Shown one piece after another: positions 17,562 through 29,096 of a stretch of DNA of 64,000 nt. This DNA comes from an uncultured Planctomycetota bacterium (GTDB taxonomy: Bacteria; Planctomycetota; Planctomycetia; Gemmatales; Gemmataceae). The position numbers and the translations under genes are program-made. The notes below the pieces were generated by a model. That model did not search any database. It saw only the letters and a list, made by a program, of their open reading frames with translations, and was not told the DNA's origin. Location of the stretch: the NCBI GenBank assembly GCA_963849325.1, contig CAWKHF010000010.1:288001-352000 (forward strand), read 5' to 3'. The stretch's first letter is position 1; every line of letters starts with the position of its first letter.

Positions 17562-18755
17562 ATGACTCTGTCTTACCAGCTCTACGAAACGATCAATCAG
17601 ATCCCCCTGGACGACTGGCGCGAGGCATCCCAGGAGGATTCGCACGGCTTCATGGACCCGAACTTCTTGCTTGCCCTGGAGAAGGGATTGGAGGGCCAGG
17701 CGCGAATCTTTCACGTCCTGATCCGCGCGGAGGACGGCCGGCCCGCCGCCTGCGCCAGCCTGTCGCTCCTGCCGCTCGATCTTTTGCTGCTGGCGGGGCC
17801 GCGCCTTCAGAAGGCGTTCGGCTGGGTCCGCAAGCTGGCCCCCAACCTGGGGAAAGTAAACGTCCTCCTGTGTGGCCTGCCCTTTTCGGCGGGGCAGAGC
17901 CACCTGGCGTTCGCGCCGGGCGCCAACCGGGCACGGGCGGTGCTGCTGCTGGACACCCTGCTGCGGCAACTGGCCCGGAGCCACCGCGCTCGGCTGATCG
18001 TCTTCAAGGAATTCGGCGACGATGCCCGCGCGTACCTGGACCCGTTGCTCGAGCACGGCTATTGCCGTGCCGCCAGCCCCGCGTCGTACGTGATGCCGAA
18101 ATCGTTCGCCAGCCTGGCCGACTACTGTGCCGCCCTCAAGCGGCACTACCGTTACAACATCCGCAGTTCCCAGCAGAAGTTCGAGCGGGCCGGCTGCCGG
18201 GCCGTCCACCTGGAGGATCCCGACGAGATCCGCCGCGTGTACACGCCAGAAGTGCATCAGCTCTATGAAGCGGTCGTCGGCAAGTCCGACCTCAAGCTCG
18301 AAGTTCTGCCGCATGCTTTCTTTCACGAGTTGGTGAATCGGCTTCCAGGCCAGGTCGCGTTGACGGTGGTCTATCGCCAGGAGCGCGCGATCGCTATCGC
18401 CTGGGGCCTCTCGGCCGATCCCGAGTATCACGGCCTGTTTTGCGGGATCGACTACGAACACAACGCCGAGTGCGATCTCTATTTCAACGTCGTGTACCAG
18501 CATCTCGACTACGCTTTCCGGCGCGGCAGCCGGCTCATCACCCTGGGCCAGACCGCGGAAAGCTTCAAGACCCGCCTCGGCTGCGTGGGCAAGGCACGCC
18601 ACGTCTATGCTCGCGGGGCAGGCCCGCTCCTGTCCCGGGTGTTGCGGCGCAGCGCCGGCTTCCTCTTCCCCGATCGACCGATCGCGCCCGCGCACGACGT
18701 GTTCAAGGCGATCGAGCCGGCCCGTCCGCGCAAGCAGGCGCTGCCCGTCAGTTGA
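17562..18755 (+). CDS. FemAB-like double-GNAT acyl/aminoacyl transferase
   Basis: 397 aa; IVFKEF, FASLADYCAALKRHYRYNIR, GIDYEHN..DLYFN, ITLGQTAESFKTRLG. Confidence 0.75.
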   Translation: MTLSYQLYETINQIPLDDWREASQEDSHGFMDPNFLLALEKGLEGQARIFHVLIRAEDGRPAACASLSLLPLDLLLLAGPRLQKAFGWVRKLAPNLGKVNVLLCGLPFSAGQSHLAFAPGANRARAVLLLDTLLRQLARSHRARLIVFKEFGDDARAYLDPLLEHGYCRAASPASYVMPKSFASLADYCAALKRHYRYNIRSSQQKFERAGCRAVHLEDPDEIRRVYTPEVHQLYEAVVGKSDLKLEVLPHAFFHELVNRLPGQVALTVVYRQERAIAIAWGLSADPEYHGLFCGIDYEHNAECDLYFNVVYQHLDYAFRRGSRLITLGQTAESFKTRLGCVGKARHVYARGAGPLLSRVLRRSAGFLFPDRPIAPAHDVFKAIEPARPRKQALPVS

Positions 18756-18844
18756 TTTCGTTCGATTCGAGACGGTGAGTCGGAATACGAGCTATCCCCG
18801 AGCGTGTAGGTAAAGCCCCCCGGAGAAGGAAGCGAGTTGGACCT

Positions 18845-19963
18845 ATGGGTTATGCACTGACAATCCTGTGGCACGATCGACAGCGCTATCTGCCCGCCAT
18901 GCTGGCGGTGACGTTCAGCGCCCTGCTAGTGGCCCTGCAATTCGGCCTGCTCCTGGGGACGTTCTCGATGGTGTCGATCCCCATCGACCATACCAGCGCC
19001 GACGTCTGGGTGGGCCAACCCCAGGTCAGCAGCGTTGACATGAGCCTGTCCGTGCCCGAGCGCTGGCGCGACCGGATGGAAGGTCTGCCCGAGATCGTCC
19101 AGACGGAGCCTTACATCCAGTCGTTTATGAGCTGGTCCAAACCGCGCGGCGGCACGGAACACATCATCGTCATCGGCTCGCGGCTGCACGACGGCGCCCT
19201 CGGAGCGGTGACGGAGTTGACGCCGCAGCTGCGCCGGAAGCTGGTCGAACCGGGCGCGGTGGTGGTGGACCAGGCGGAATTCGGACGCCTGGGTTTGACC
19301 AAGGGGATTGGCGAAAGTGCCGAGGTCAATGGCCTGCGGGTACGGGTCGTCGGCGTGGTGCGCGGTCTCAAGGGGCTGGGAGGACCATACATCTTCTGTT
19401 CGCTGGAGACGGCCCGCCGTCTGGTGCGGATGGCGCCGGACGAGGTGACGTACCTGCTGGCCCGTTGTCGCAATCCGCAAGACGCCGGGCGGGTCGTGGC
19501 GCGGTTGCGCCGCTATCCGAACATGTCGGCGTTCACCAGCGCCGAATTCTCGTTCCGCTCGCGCTGGCACTGGCTGGTGATGAGCGGCGGCGGCATCGCG
19601 CTGGGCTGTGCCGCCCTGCTGGGCCTGCTGGTCGGGGCGGTGGTCACCAGCCAGACGCTGTACGCGGCGACGGCCGCCTCGTTCCGCGAATTCGCGGTGC
19701 TGCGAGCGCTGGGCGTGCCGCAGAGGCGCCTGGCCGGTACCATCCTGGCGCAGGCCTGCTGGCTGGGGGTCGCCGGCGTCCTGCTGGCCCTGCCGGTCGT
19801 CTACGCCCTCTCCAGCGTCGCCGGCTGCCTGGGCGCTCGCGTGTTCTTGCCGCCATGGGTGCTGGGTTCGTCCGCCGGTCTCACTCTGATTACGGCCCTG
19901 ATCGCCGGCCTAGCCGCTCTGCGCTCGCTACGCCACCTGCAACTGGCGACGCTATTGCGGTGA
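18845..19963 (+). CDS. ABC exporter permease (FtsX/DevC-like), copy 2
   Basis: Paralog of 11411-12592: RYLPAMLAVTFSALL, SADVWVG, SQTLYAAT...REFAVLRALG. Confidence 0.88.
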   Translation: MGYALTILWHDRQRYLPAMLAVTFSALLVALQFGLLLGTFSMVSIPIDHTSADVWVGQPQVSSVDMSLSVPERWRDRMEGLPEIVQTEPYIQSFMSWSKPRGGTEHIIVIGSRLHDGALGAVTELTPQLRRKLVEPGAVVVDQAEFGRLGLTKGIGESAEVNGLRVRVVGVVRGLKGLGGPYIFCSLETARRLVRMAPDEVTYLLARCRNPQDAGRVVARLRRYPNMSAFTSAEFSFRSRWHWLVMSGGGIALGCAALLGLLVGAVVTSQTLYAATAASFREFAVLRALGVPQRRLAGTILAQACWLGVAGVLLALPVVYALSSVAGCLGARVFLPPWVLGSSAGLTLITALIAGLAALRSLRHLQLATLLR

Positions 19964-20034
19964 AAGTCGTCACATTCTGATCTCCGCCAAGAATGAGATG
20001 ATGAATAGGGCCATTAAGAGGCACTAACCAAATA

Positions 20035-20100
20035 GGCGAGCGGGGGGCGTAAGCCCCCTGTTGACGGCGAAAAACAGGGGGCTTACGCCCCCCGCTCGCC
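20035..20100. repeat. REP-like palindrome (GGCGAGCGGGGGGCGTAAGCCCCCTG family)
   Basis: GGCGAGCGGGGGGCGTAAGCCCCCTGTT ... AACAGGGGGCTTACGCCCCCCGCTCGCC; same family at 57086-57168. Confidence 0.9.
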
Positions 20101-20131
20101 AAAAAGTTACAGCTTCTAAGGAGATAGTGAG

Positions 20132-20874
20132 ATGTTTCCGGAAAAGCCAACTCTGAGAGCTTGCAACCTGGTCCGCACGTTCGAGCAGAACGACATCGTA
20201 ACGACCGTCTTGCGGGACGTGTCGATGGCGCTGCATCGCGGCGAGCTGTCCCTGCTCATGGGGCCTTCGGGCAGCGGCAAATCGACGTTGCTCGCCGTGC
20301 TCTCCGGGTTGCTCCGTCCGACGGCCGGGCAAGTGCTGGCCCTGGGACAGGATTACTGGAGTCGAAGCGCCATCGAGCAGGAGCGATTCCGGCAGGGGCA
20401 TTTCAGCTACATCTTCCAGGGTTACAATCTGCTGCCGGCCTTGACGGCGCGGCAGCAACTGGAGCTGGTGTTGCGCTGGGCGGAGGGAACGACCGTGCGC
20501 GCGAGGCTCGGCGGCGAACCGAGCGGATGCTGGGGATGCTGGGGCTTAGTGGCAAGGCGCATCTGCGGCCGGCCCAGCTCTCCGGCGGCGAAAAACAGCG
20601 GGTGGCCATCGGCCGTGCCCTGGTCATGGAACCGGATTTCTGCTTCGCGGACGAGCCAACCAGCGCCCTGGACTGGACGCATGGCGAGGAAGTCATTCGG
20701 CTGCTGCAAGAAGCCGCCCGCCAGCGCGGCACCACCGTCCTGGTGGTCAGCCATGACGCACGCCTCCTGCCATATGCGGATCGGTCGTTCCACCTGGAAG
20801 ACGGTCGCTTGCACGAGGAGCGTGTGCTCCAGACAACGAGTGCGGAAGAAGAACTGGTTGCGGCGAGCATCTGA
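20132..20874 (+). CDS. ABC exporter ATP-binding protein, copy 2 (frameshift near 20500)
   Basis: GPSGSGKS in ORF 20132; LSGGEKQRVAIGRAL and FADEPTSALD in the overlapping ORF ending 20874. Confidence 0.85.
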
Positions 20875-20904
20875 ACGGGGTGAGAAATCCCCCTGGAGGT
20901 CCTC

Positions 20905-21963
20905 ATGGCGAAAACAAGGCGATTGGGCTGGGTGCGTTGGCTGCTGGGCGGGATCGTGTTCACGGCCGGCATGGCCGGCGCGGGAGCGAACTTCCCGAAG
21001 TCCAGCGCCGTCAGCGCGCCGGCGGACGCGAGTCCTGTCGCGGAGCCGGTGGCTTGCTCCGGCCACGTGGATGTCAAGCACGGAGTCGTCTCGCTCTCGC
21101 CGAGTCCGTCCGGCCGAGTGGCCGAGGTGCTGGCCGAGGAGAACGAAACCGTCAAGGCCGGCGCCTTGTTGCTGCGCCTGGATGATACCGTGGCCCGGCT
21201 GCGCATCCAAGAAGTCGAGGCGGACCTGGCGGCGTCTCGACTTCAGCTGGCCCAGGCCCGCAAACGGCCTGAGCAACACCAGGCCCGGCTCGCCCAGGTG
21301 CAGGCCGGCATCGAGGCGGCGCAGAACCGCCTGGCCGCGGCCCGGCACGAACGCGATCGGAAGACAGACTTGCTCGCCAAGGACTTGCTCCCGGAGGCGG
21401 AACTCAACATCGCCGGCGATCAGGTGAAGGAGGCGGAAGCGCTGCTGCGGGCGGAAAGGGAGAAACAGGCCGAGCTGCAGCTGCACGATCCCGCCGCCGA
21501 CATCCGCCGGGCGGAGGTGAACGTCCGGGCCAGCGAGGCCCGGCTGCAACAGGCCCAGGAAGCTCTCAAGGAATGTAGTCTGCGGGCGCCCTCCGACGGC
21601 AAGGTACTCCGCGTCCTCGTGGGGCCGGGCGAGATGCTCGGGGCACAAGCGAAGCAGCCCGCGCTGCTCTTCTGCCCGGACGGGGCGCGCTTCATCCGGG
21701 CCGAGGTGGAACAGGAGTTCGCCCACCGGGTCCGGGTCGGCGATCCGGCGACCATCCGCGATGAAAGTGATGACCCGTGCGTCTGGCGGGGTCGTGTGAG
21801 CCTGATGTCCGACTGGTTCACGCAACGACGCTCGGTCCTGCAAGAGCCGCTCCAACTGAATGATGTCCGTACCCTGGAATGCCGGATCATCCTGGAGCCG
21901 GGTCAACCGCCGTTGCGGATTGGCCAGCGCGTCCGGGTGCTGATCGGCACGAACCCTTCCTGA
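20905..21963 (+). CDS. HlyD/DevB-like membrane fusion protein, copy 2
   Basis: GRVAEVLAEENETVKAGALLLRLD, LRAPSDGKV, LRIGQRVRV. Confidence 0.9.
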   Translation: MAKTRRLGWVRWLLGGIVFTAGMAGAGANFPKSSAVSAPADASPVAEPVACSGHVDVKHGVVSLSPSPSGRVAEVLAEENETVKAGALLLRLDDTVARLRIQEVEADLAASRLQLAQARKRPEQHQARLAQVQAGIEAAQNRLAAARHERDRKTDLLAKDLLPEAELNIAGDQVKEAEALLRAEREKQAELQLHDPAADIRRAEVNVRASEARLQQAQEALKECSLRAPSDGKVLRVLVGPGEMLGAQAKQPALLFCPDGARFIRAEVEQEFAHRVRVGDPATIRDESDDPCVWRGRVSLMSDWFTQRRSVLQEPLQLNDVRTLECRIILEPGQPPLRIGQRVRVLIGTNPS

Positions 21964-21988
21964 CAAGGATTGGCAAAGCGAGGACCGA

Positions 21989-22832
21989 ATGATTTCGCCT
22001 TCTTACTACAACTGGCGGACCGAAGAGCGGCCCGCGCCCTGGTCTGGATCGTGCTGCCGAGCGAACCTCTCCTGCCAAGAGCGGCATCGGGGTCCGCGTC
22101 TTCCTCGATGTCCCCTACCGGGTTAACGCGGGAGAGCGGCACAAGCTGGATTTGTACCTGCCCAACCAGCGGGAGTTTCCGGTAGTCGTCTTCGCACACG
22201 GCGGAGCCTGGGTTTCGGGCGACAAGGCACTGCACGGCCACCTGGGTTGTTTCCTGGCGAAGCACGGCATCGGCGCCGTGCTGGTGAATTACCGGCTGGC
22301 GCCGCAGGTGCGTCATCCCGTCCCGACGCAGGATCTGGGCCGGGCCTTCGCCTGGACGCACCGCCACATCCGCCGCCTACGGCGGCGATGCCGATCGGCT
22401 CTACCTGTGCGGCCACTCCGCGGGCGGACACAGCGCCGCGCTCTTGGGAACGGATGAATCGTTCCTGGCCGACGAGGGACTTGGCTTCGAGCACGTCCAG
22501 GGCGTGATCGCCATTAGCGGCGTTTACAAGATCCACTGGAACGTCACCCTGGCCCGTCTAGGCTTCGTCTTCCGCAACAGCGATAAGACGGCCGCCTCGC
22601 CGCTCTGGAACATCCAGGCGGGGTGTCCGCCCTTCCTGGTCCTGCCGCCGGCAAGGAGCTTTGGACGCTCTCCAGCCAGGCGTTCGCGTTTCACAAGACG
22701 CTTCTGCGGCACAAGTGCCGGTCGCGCTTGCTGGTGGCCCATGGGGAGGATCACAGCTCGATCATCCAGACCGTCTCTTCGCCCTCGGCCAGCCACGGAG
22801 AGGCGATGGTGAAGTTTATCCGGGGAGGATGA
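21989..22832 (+). CDS. HSL-family alpha/beta hydrolase (esterase), several frameshifts
   Basis: Pieces in different frames: KLDLYLP, HGGAWVSGDK, NYRLAP, GHSAGG nucleophile motif, ISGVY, ASPL, GEDHSSII. Confidence 0.75.
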
Positions 22833-23531
22833 ACGCGGTCGGTTTGGGCACTGCTATGTAACCACGTCTTGCAGCACCTTTCCTTGTCGAGAAGGCTTGT
22901 CCCTCCTCATTCATGATGCCGATGATCGTGTCGCATTTATCCGATAGGGGGACTTTGCCCATAAACCAGATTCAATTAGAGGTTTATGGGCAAAGCGGTG
23001 CGGTAGATGGAGGAGGGAATTGGAGAGAGAAACGAGAAGTGCGGCTGGCGGAAAATCAGCAAGGGGGTCAAATGGTCTCAACGGCTCAGGCTTTTGGGCG
23101 ATAGGCGAGGGCGAAGCGGGCAATGGGCAATTCAGGCGATGGGCGACGGGCGATTGCTGAGCCTTGGAGACCTTTTGACCCTCCTGTTTGCCGATGCCCC
23201 TCTGGACGCGAGGCTCTCTTCTCGTTCCGACGAGGGGCGAGAGACGGCGTGGACGACCGCCGTACAAAGCACCCCGGGCGAGTCTCGGGTGCGAACCAGC
23301 CAAGAAAAGGGCTGGCTTCTTAACTCGATGTCACGCTTTCGCGTGTCTCGCTTCGTGCCAATCTATGATAGCATTTGGAGTGCCAAAACGTCTCTTTTCC
23401 GGATCTTTTCTGCAAAGTCAATGAAAAAGAGCACTTGAGGCGAGAGGCCCATTTCGACGACAAACGGAAGGGTCGGAAAAAGCGCCGGATTTTTCGTACA
23501 ACTGTCGTATTATCCGACAGTTCGCAGAGCC

Positions 23532-23590
23532 TCCGAGCCTGAAGCGTAAGTGAAGGAAGACCAAAACTTCGCTTACGCTTCAGGCTCGGA
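23532..23590. repeat. REP-like hairpin (GAGCCTGAAGCGTAAG family), possible terminator of DUF3500 gene
   Basis: TCCGAGCCTGAAGCGTAAGTGAAG ... CTTCGCTTACGCTTCAGGCTCGGA, 6 bp beyond the stop at 23597. Confidence 0.8.
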
Positions 23591-23596
23591 TGAAAC

Positions 23597-24631
23597 TTAC
23601 TTCGTTTCGATGCCGAAGTCGCCTTTGAGGTTCCGCCAGCAGCTGTGGATGTGATTGGCGGGGTTGCCGGCCGAATCCGACTGGACGTTGAGGAACTCGA
23701 TGACGAACGTCGGTCCCTGAACGCGGTAGGTGTACGGCCGGCCAGGTTTATCCGCCTCCACGGCGAAGGCGAAATGGACCTTGTCGAGTCCGGCGGCTTT
23801 GACCTCAGCCATCTCCGCCTGCGTCACCTCGGCCGGCATGCGGTCGGCGTAAGTCTGGATCAACTGCTGGAGCAGATTGCGTTGTTTCTCGTTCATCTTG
23901 GCGGCGGGCAAGCCCTTGGCGGGTCCGACGTGCGGGACGGCCTTGGCCTGCTCGATCTCCGGATATTGCCTGGGCTGACGGGCGACCTTGCGCTGATCGT
24001 CGTCGAGGGCGGCGAACAATTCCTTGGCCAGTTCCTCCGCCTGTGGCAGCGTACGTTGTCCCTTCTTCGGCCCGCTCTTGATTTCGGCGGGGTTGGCGCC
24101 GAAGAAGGCGGGGGTCGCGGCCACGATCTTGCCGCGGTCGATCACGAAGTTCAGCGACAGGTGATGGCCCTCCACGCGCCAGCCCCACTTGCCGGCCTTC
24201 GTGGGCGTGCCGAAGATGCTGACGAAGTACCAGCCGGGATCGCGGACGTTGGCGCCATTCTTCTCCAGTTCGGCCAGCACCGCTTCCAGGCTCATGATGG
24301 TCGTCGCCTTGAGGAAGCCGGAGGCGCTGGTGCCGGCGCGAAGGAGTGCCTTGGCCGTCTCCTTCTGCTCGGCCGTCATCTGGTCGAAACGCAGCCCCTT
24401 GCGCAGCGGCTTCTTCTTATCCTGTAGCGGAACGAAGTTCCAGTTGGTCCGTTCCTTGTCGTCGAAGGCGAACAGTGTCTTGCCCTTCTGATCGCCGTTG
24501 AGACTGTTGACGAACTGGGCGGCGGTATCGCTCATGCGAACGCCGGCCGACGCTTCGTCCTTGCTCAGACAGGCCGCCCCCACCAAGCCGGCGGCCAGGA
24601 CCGACACGAACAGCAGTTGTTTGAGTTTCAT
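23597..24631 (-). CDS. DUF3500 domain secreted protein
   Basis: Signal peptide MKLKQLLFVSVLAAGL; WRVEGHHLSLN, TPAFFGANP, YRVQGPTFVIEF, NHIHSCWR..GDFG. Confidence 0.85.
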   Translation of the reverse strand: MKLKQLLFVSVLAAGLVGAACLSKDEASAGVRMSDTAAQFVNSLNGDQKGKTLFAFDDKERTNWNFVPLQDKKKPLRKGLRFDQMTAEQKETAKALLRAGTSASGFLKATTIMSLEAVLAELEKNGANVRDPGWYFVSIFGTPTKAGKWGWRVEGHHLSLNFVIDRGKIVAATPAFFGANPAEIKSGPKKGQRTLPQAEELAKELFAALDDDQRKVARQPRQYPEIEQAKAVPHVGPAKGLPAAKMNEKQRNLLQQLIQTYADRMPAEVTQAEMAEVKAAGLDKVHFAFAVEADKPGRPYTYRVQGPTFVIEFLNVQSDSAGNPANHIHSCWRNLKGDFGIETK

Positions 24632-24658
24632 CTCCCCCCCTTGGTCAGATCCATAATT

Positions 24659-24747
24659 AACCACGGATAACACGGATGAACACGGATAAATACAAAAAAG
24701 TTGACTTCTTTGATTATTATCCGTGCTCATCCGTGTTATCCGTGGTT
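24659..24747. repeat. Inverted repeat built of CACGGAT units
   Basis: AACCACGGATAACACGGATGAACACGGAT ... ATCCGTGCTCATCCGTGTTATCCGTGGTT, directly after the dehydratase stop. Confidence 0.8.
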
Positions 24748-24757
24748 CATTTCTTTT

Positions 24758-26304
24758 TCACAGCGTCGGGCCAATCGCCCACGGGGCGAACTCTTCCTCG
24801 CCGACGCCGTTGATCTCGCTCTTGGTCTTTTGGCCGCCGGCGACGGCGAGAACCTCCTCGAAGATCTGCCGGCCGACCTCCTCGACCGGCGTGCCGTCGA
24901 GGATGGCGCCGGCGTTGATGTCCATGTCGTCGATCATGTGATGGTACATGGGCGTGTTGGTGGCGACCTTGATCGACGGAGCGGGTTTGCAGCCGAACAC
25001 GGAGCCGCGGCCGGTCGTGAACACCAGCACGTTGGCGCCGCCGGCGACGATGCCGGTCATGCTGACCGGATCGTATCCCGGCGTGTCCATGACCACGAAG
25101 CCTTTCGCCTTGACCGGCTCGGCGTAGCCAACCACGTCCACCAGGGCCGTGCTGCCGCCCTTGGCGATGGCACCCAGCGATTTCTCGTAGATGGTCGTCA
25201 GCCCGCCTTCCTTGTTGCCGGGCGAGGGGTTGTTGTTGATCTCGGTGCCGAAAATGCCGGTGTACCACTCCCACCACTTGATGCGGGCGACGAGCTTTTC
25301 GCCGACGGCCCGGCTGACGGCCCGGCGCGTCAGCAGATGTTCGGCGCCATAAATCTCCGGTGTCTCACCGAGGATGCTGGTGCCGCCCTGGGCGACGAGC
25401 AGGTCCGAGGCGACGCCGACGGCGGGGTTGGCCGTGACGCCGCTGTTGCCGTCGGAGCCGCCGCAGTTGGTGCCGAGAAGGATCTTGTCGGCCGACAGCC
25501 GCGTCCGCTTCACGTCGTTGACCTGCGGCAACAATTCGGCGATGGCCCGCACGCCCGCATCCACCGTCTTGCGGATACCGCCGCACTCCTGGATGCTGAG
25601 CACCAGCGGTTTCTTCCGCGAGCCGTTGAGTTGGAGAAGACCCTGGTGCTCGATCAGGTGGATGGCCTCGCCCGTTTCGCAGCCAAGTCCGACGAGGATG
25701 TAGGCGGCGACGTTGGAATGCCGAGCGAAACCGGCGAGGGTACGGTCGAGCTGTTCGTGGTCGGCGCCGCCATACTGCATGGCGCAGCCGGCCTTGTGCG
25801 TGATCGCCACCACGCCGTCCACGTTGGGGTATTGCCGCAACAAATCGGTGGCGCGGAAGCGTTCGGAGATGTACTTGCTGGTGCTGGCCGAGCAGTTGAC
25901 GGTGCTGATGAGGGCGATGTAATTGCGCGTGCCGTAGCGGCCGTCGCCGCGATCGTAGCCCATCCAGTAGCGCGGCTCGGGGCGCGGCGGCGGCGGCGGA
26001 CAATCGCGGCAAAAAGCGTAATCGCGCTCGAAGGCGTCGGCGGACAGATTGTGGACGTGTACCAGATCTCCGGGAGCGATGTCGGCGGCGGCGAAGCCGA
26101 TGATCTGGCCGTACTTGTGTACCGCCTCGCCCTTGCGAATGGGCGCAGGGCGATCTTGTGACCCAGGCCAATGCGCTGGGACAGCGTGAGAGTGGCCCCG
26201 TTGTACTGCAACGGCGTACCCGCTTGCAGAGGCCGGGCGGCGACGGCAACGTTGTCCTCGGGCCGCAGGTGAACGGCGAACTGCGAAAGCGGGGGGGCGG
26301 GCAT
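24758..26304 (-). CDS. uxaA: Altronate/galactarate dehydratase (UxaA/GarD family) with SAF domain; frameshift near 26150
   Basis: DNVAVA...GHKIAL then KGEAVHKYGQIIG, HVHN, GTRNY, CGGSD..SGVTANPAVG, NNPSPGNKEGGLTTIYEKSLG, FTTGRGS. Exact substrate not determinable. Confidence 0.8.
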
Positions 26305-26501
26305 CAAGCGATCTCCGCGAGCCTAAAAGGATAGCTTCTGTCACGATACAACCGGGCAGCGCGGTTGCAAAGGGGACATCCGGCTAACCGGTTCCGAGCG
26401 GCCGCGACGGGCGCTCGGGCGGGAACGGCCCTTACCTGGACTTCCGCGCCTGCTTCCGGGTATAATCCTCCCACTAAGGTCTCCCCGCGCGGAGAGAGCG
26501 C

Positions 26502-26702
26502 ATGAGCTGGCAGGATGACGATGACGACACGGTCCCGTGTCCCTACTGCCGGCGAGCCATCCACGAAGAATCCGTGCGCTGTCCGCACTGCGAGAACTAC
26601 CTCTCCGAAGACGACGCGCCCTCTCCCCGCTCGTGGTGGTTCCTTCTGTGTGCGGTTGTCTGCCTGCTGCTCGCAGTGGGCTGGGCCTTGCAGATGCTGT
26701 GA
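26502..26702 (+). CDS. Small zinc-ribbon membrane protein
   Basis: CPYC...CPHC plus C-terminal TM helix; GGAG RBS. Confidence 0.7.
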   Translation: MSWQDDDDDTVPCPYCRRAIHEESVRCPHCENYLSEDDAPSPRSWWFLLCAVVCLLLAVGWALQML

Positions 26703-26707
26703 ACGTC

Positions 26708-27498
26708 ATGGCCGATCCCCTCGTCACGCTGACCACCGATTTCGGCAACGGCTCGCATTACGTCGCCGCCGCCAAGGGCGTCATCCTCGCCCTCAATCCG
26801 GAGGTCCGCATCGTCGATCTCTGCCACGACATTCCCGCGCAGGATCTGCGCCAGGCCGCTTTCTTCCTGGCGTCCACGCTGCACTACTTCCCGCCGGAGA
26901 CGATCCACGTCGTCGTCGTCGATCCGGGCGTCGGCAGCAACCGGCCCATCCTCTACGTCGAGTTGGCCAACCTGCGCGTGCTGGTGCCGGATAACGGTTG
27001 CTGGACGTGGCTGATCGAGGGCGGCCGACGGCGTCCGCGCGTCATCCGCCTGGCCGAGCAGCGCTTCTGGCGCAGCCGCGTCAGCTCCACCTTTCACGGC
27101 CGCGACATCTTCGCCCCGTGGCCGCCAACCTCAGTCTCGGCCTGGACCCGCGCGAGCTGGGGCCGATCATCTCCGACTGGGTGCGTCTCGACCGGCCGGC
27201 CCCAGGGCACCATCCTGGAGGTGTCGTCGGCGAAGTGATCTACGTCGATCATTTCGGCAACCTTATCAGCAACATCCCCGGCGAAACCCTGACGCTCGAC
27301 GATCGACCCAAGCGCGTTCGCGTCGCCGGCTACGAGGTGTCGCACATCGTCCGCACCTACTCCAACGTCCCAGCCGGCGTCCTCGTTGCCCTGGTTTCGA
27401 GCGGAGAATGGCTGGAGGTGGCCGTCTCCCAGGGCGACGCCGCCCGCTGGTTGGACGCGGGCGTCGGCACGCCGGTGACGATCGACTGGGAGACGTAA
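26708..27498 (+). CDS. SAM hydroxide adenosyltransferase (DUF62; chlorinase/fluorinase family); frameshift near 27117
   Basis: VTLTTDFG, VVVDPGVGSNR, PDNG, SSTFHGRDIFAP, then YVDHFGNLISNI, LEVAVSQGDAA. Confidence 0.85.
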
Positions 27499-27510
27499 AC
27501 GGCCTTCCCC

Positions 27511-28953
<1,443 letters not shown>

Positions 28954-29096
28954 GGTGTTAGTTCCTCGGCGGACCCTGGTCGCGGCAGGTGCGAAAGCAG
29001 GAGATGAAGTGTAGTATGACAGCGTTCGCGCCCTGTTGCCAGGTAATCTCGACGTCGATGTGCGGTGCTCGTTTTCCCGTGCGGTGAGGGACCATC

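Noticed and set aside
22860-23520. ORFs in the lower-GC stretch after the cluster (e.g. 23007-23438)
   Set aside because: No recognisable motif and atypical codon usage; treated as intergenic or decayed DNA, though a remnant cannot be excluded.
24659-24747. CACGGAT repeats as CRISPR or iterons
   Set aside because: They form one inverted-repeat hairpin of REP type; no spacers or rep gene.
26708-27498. DUF62 gene as a halogenase belonging to the biosynthetic cluster
   Set aside because: It is separated from the cluster by unrelated genes and keeps the Asp/Arg/His-type motifs (DPGVGSNR, TFHGRD) of the common SAM hydroxide adenosyltransferases.
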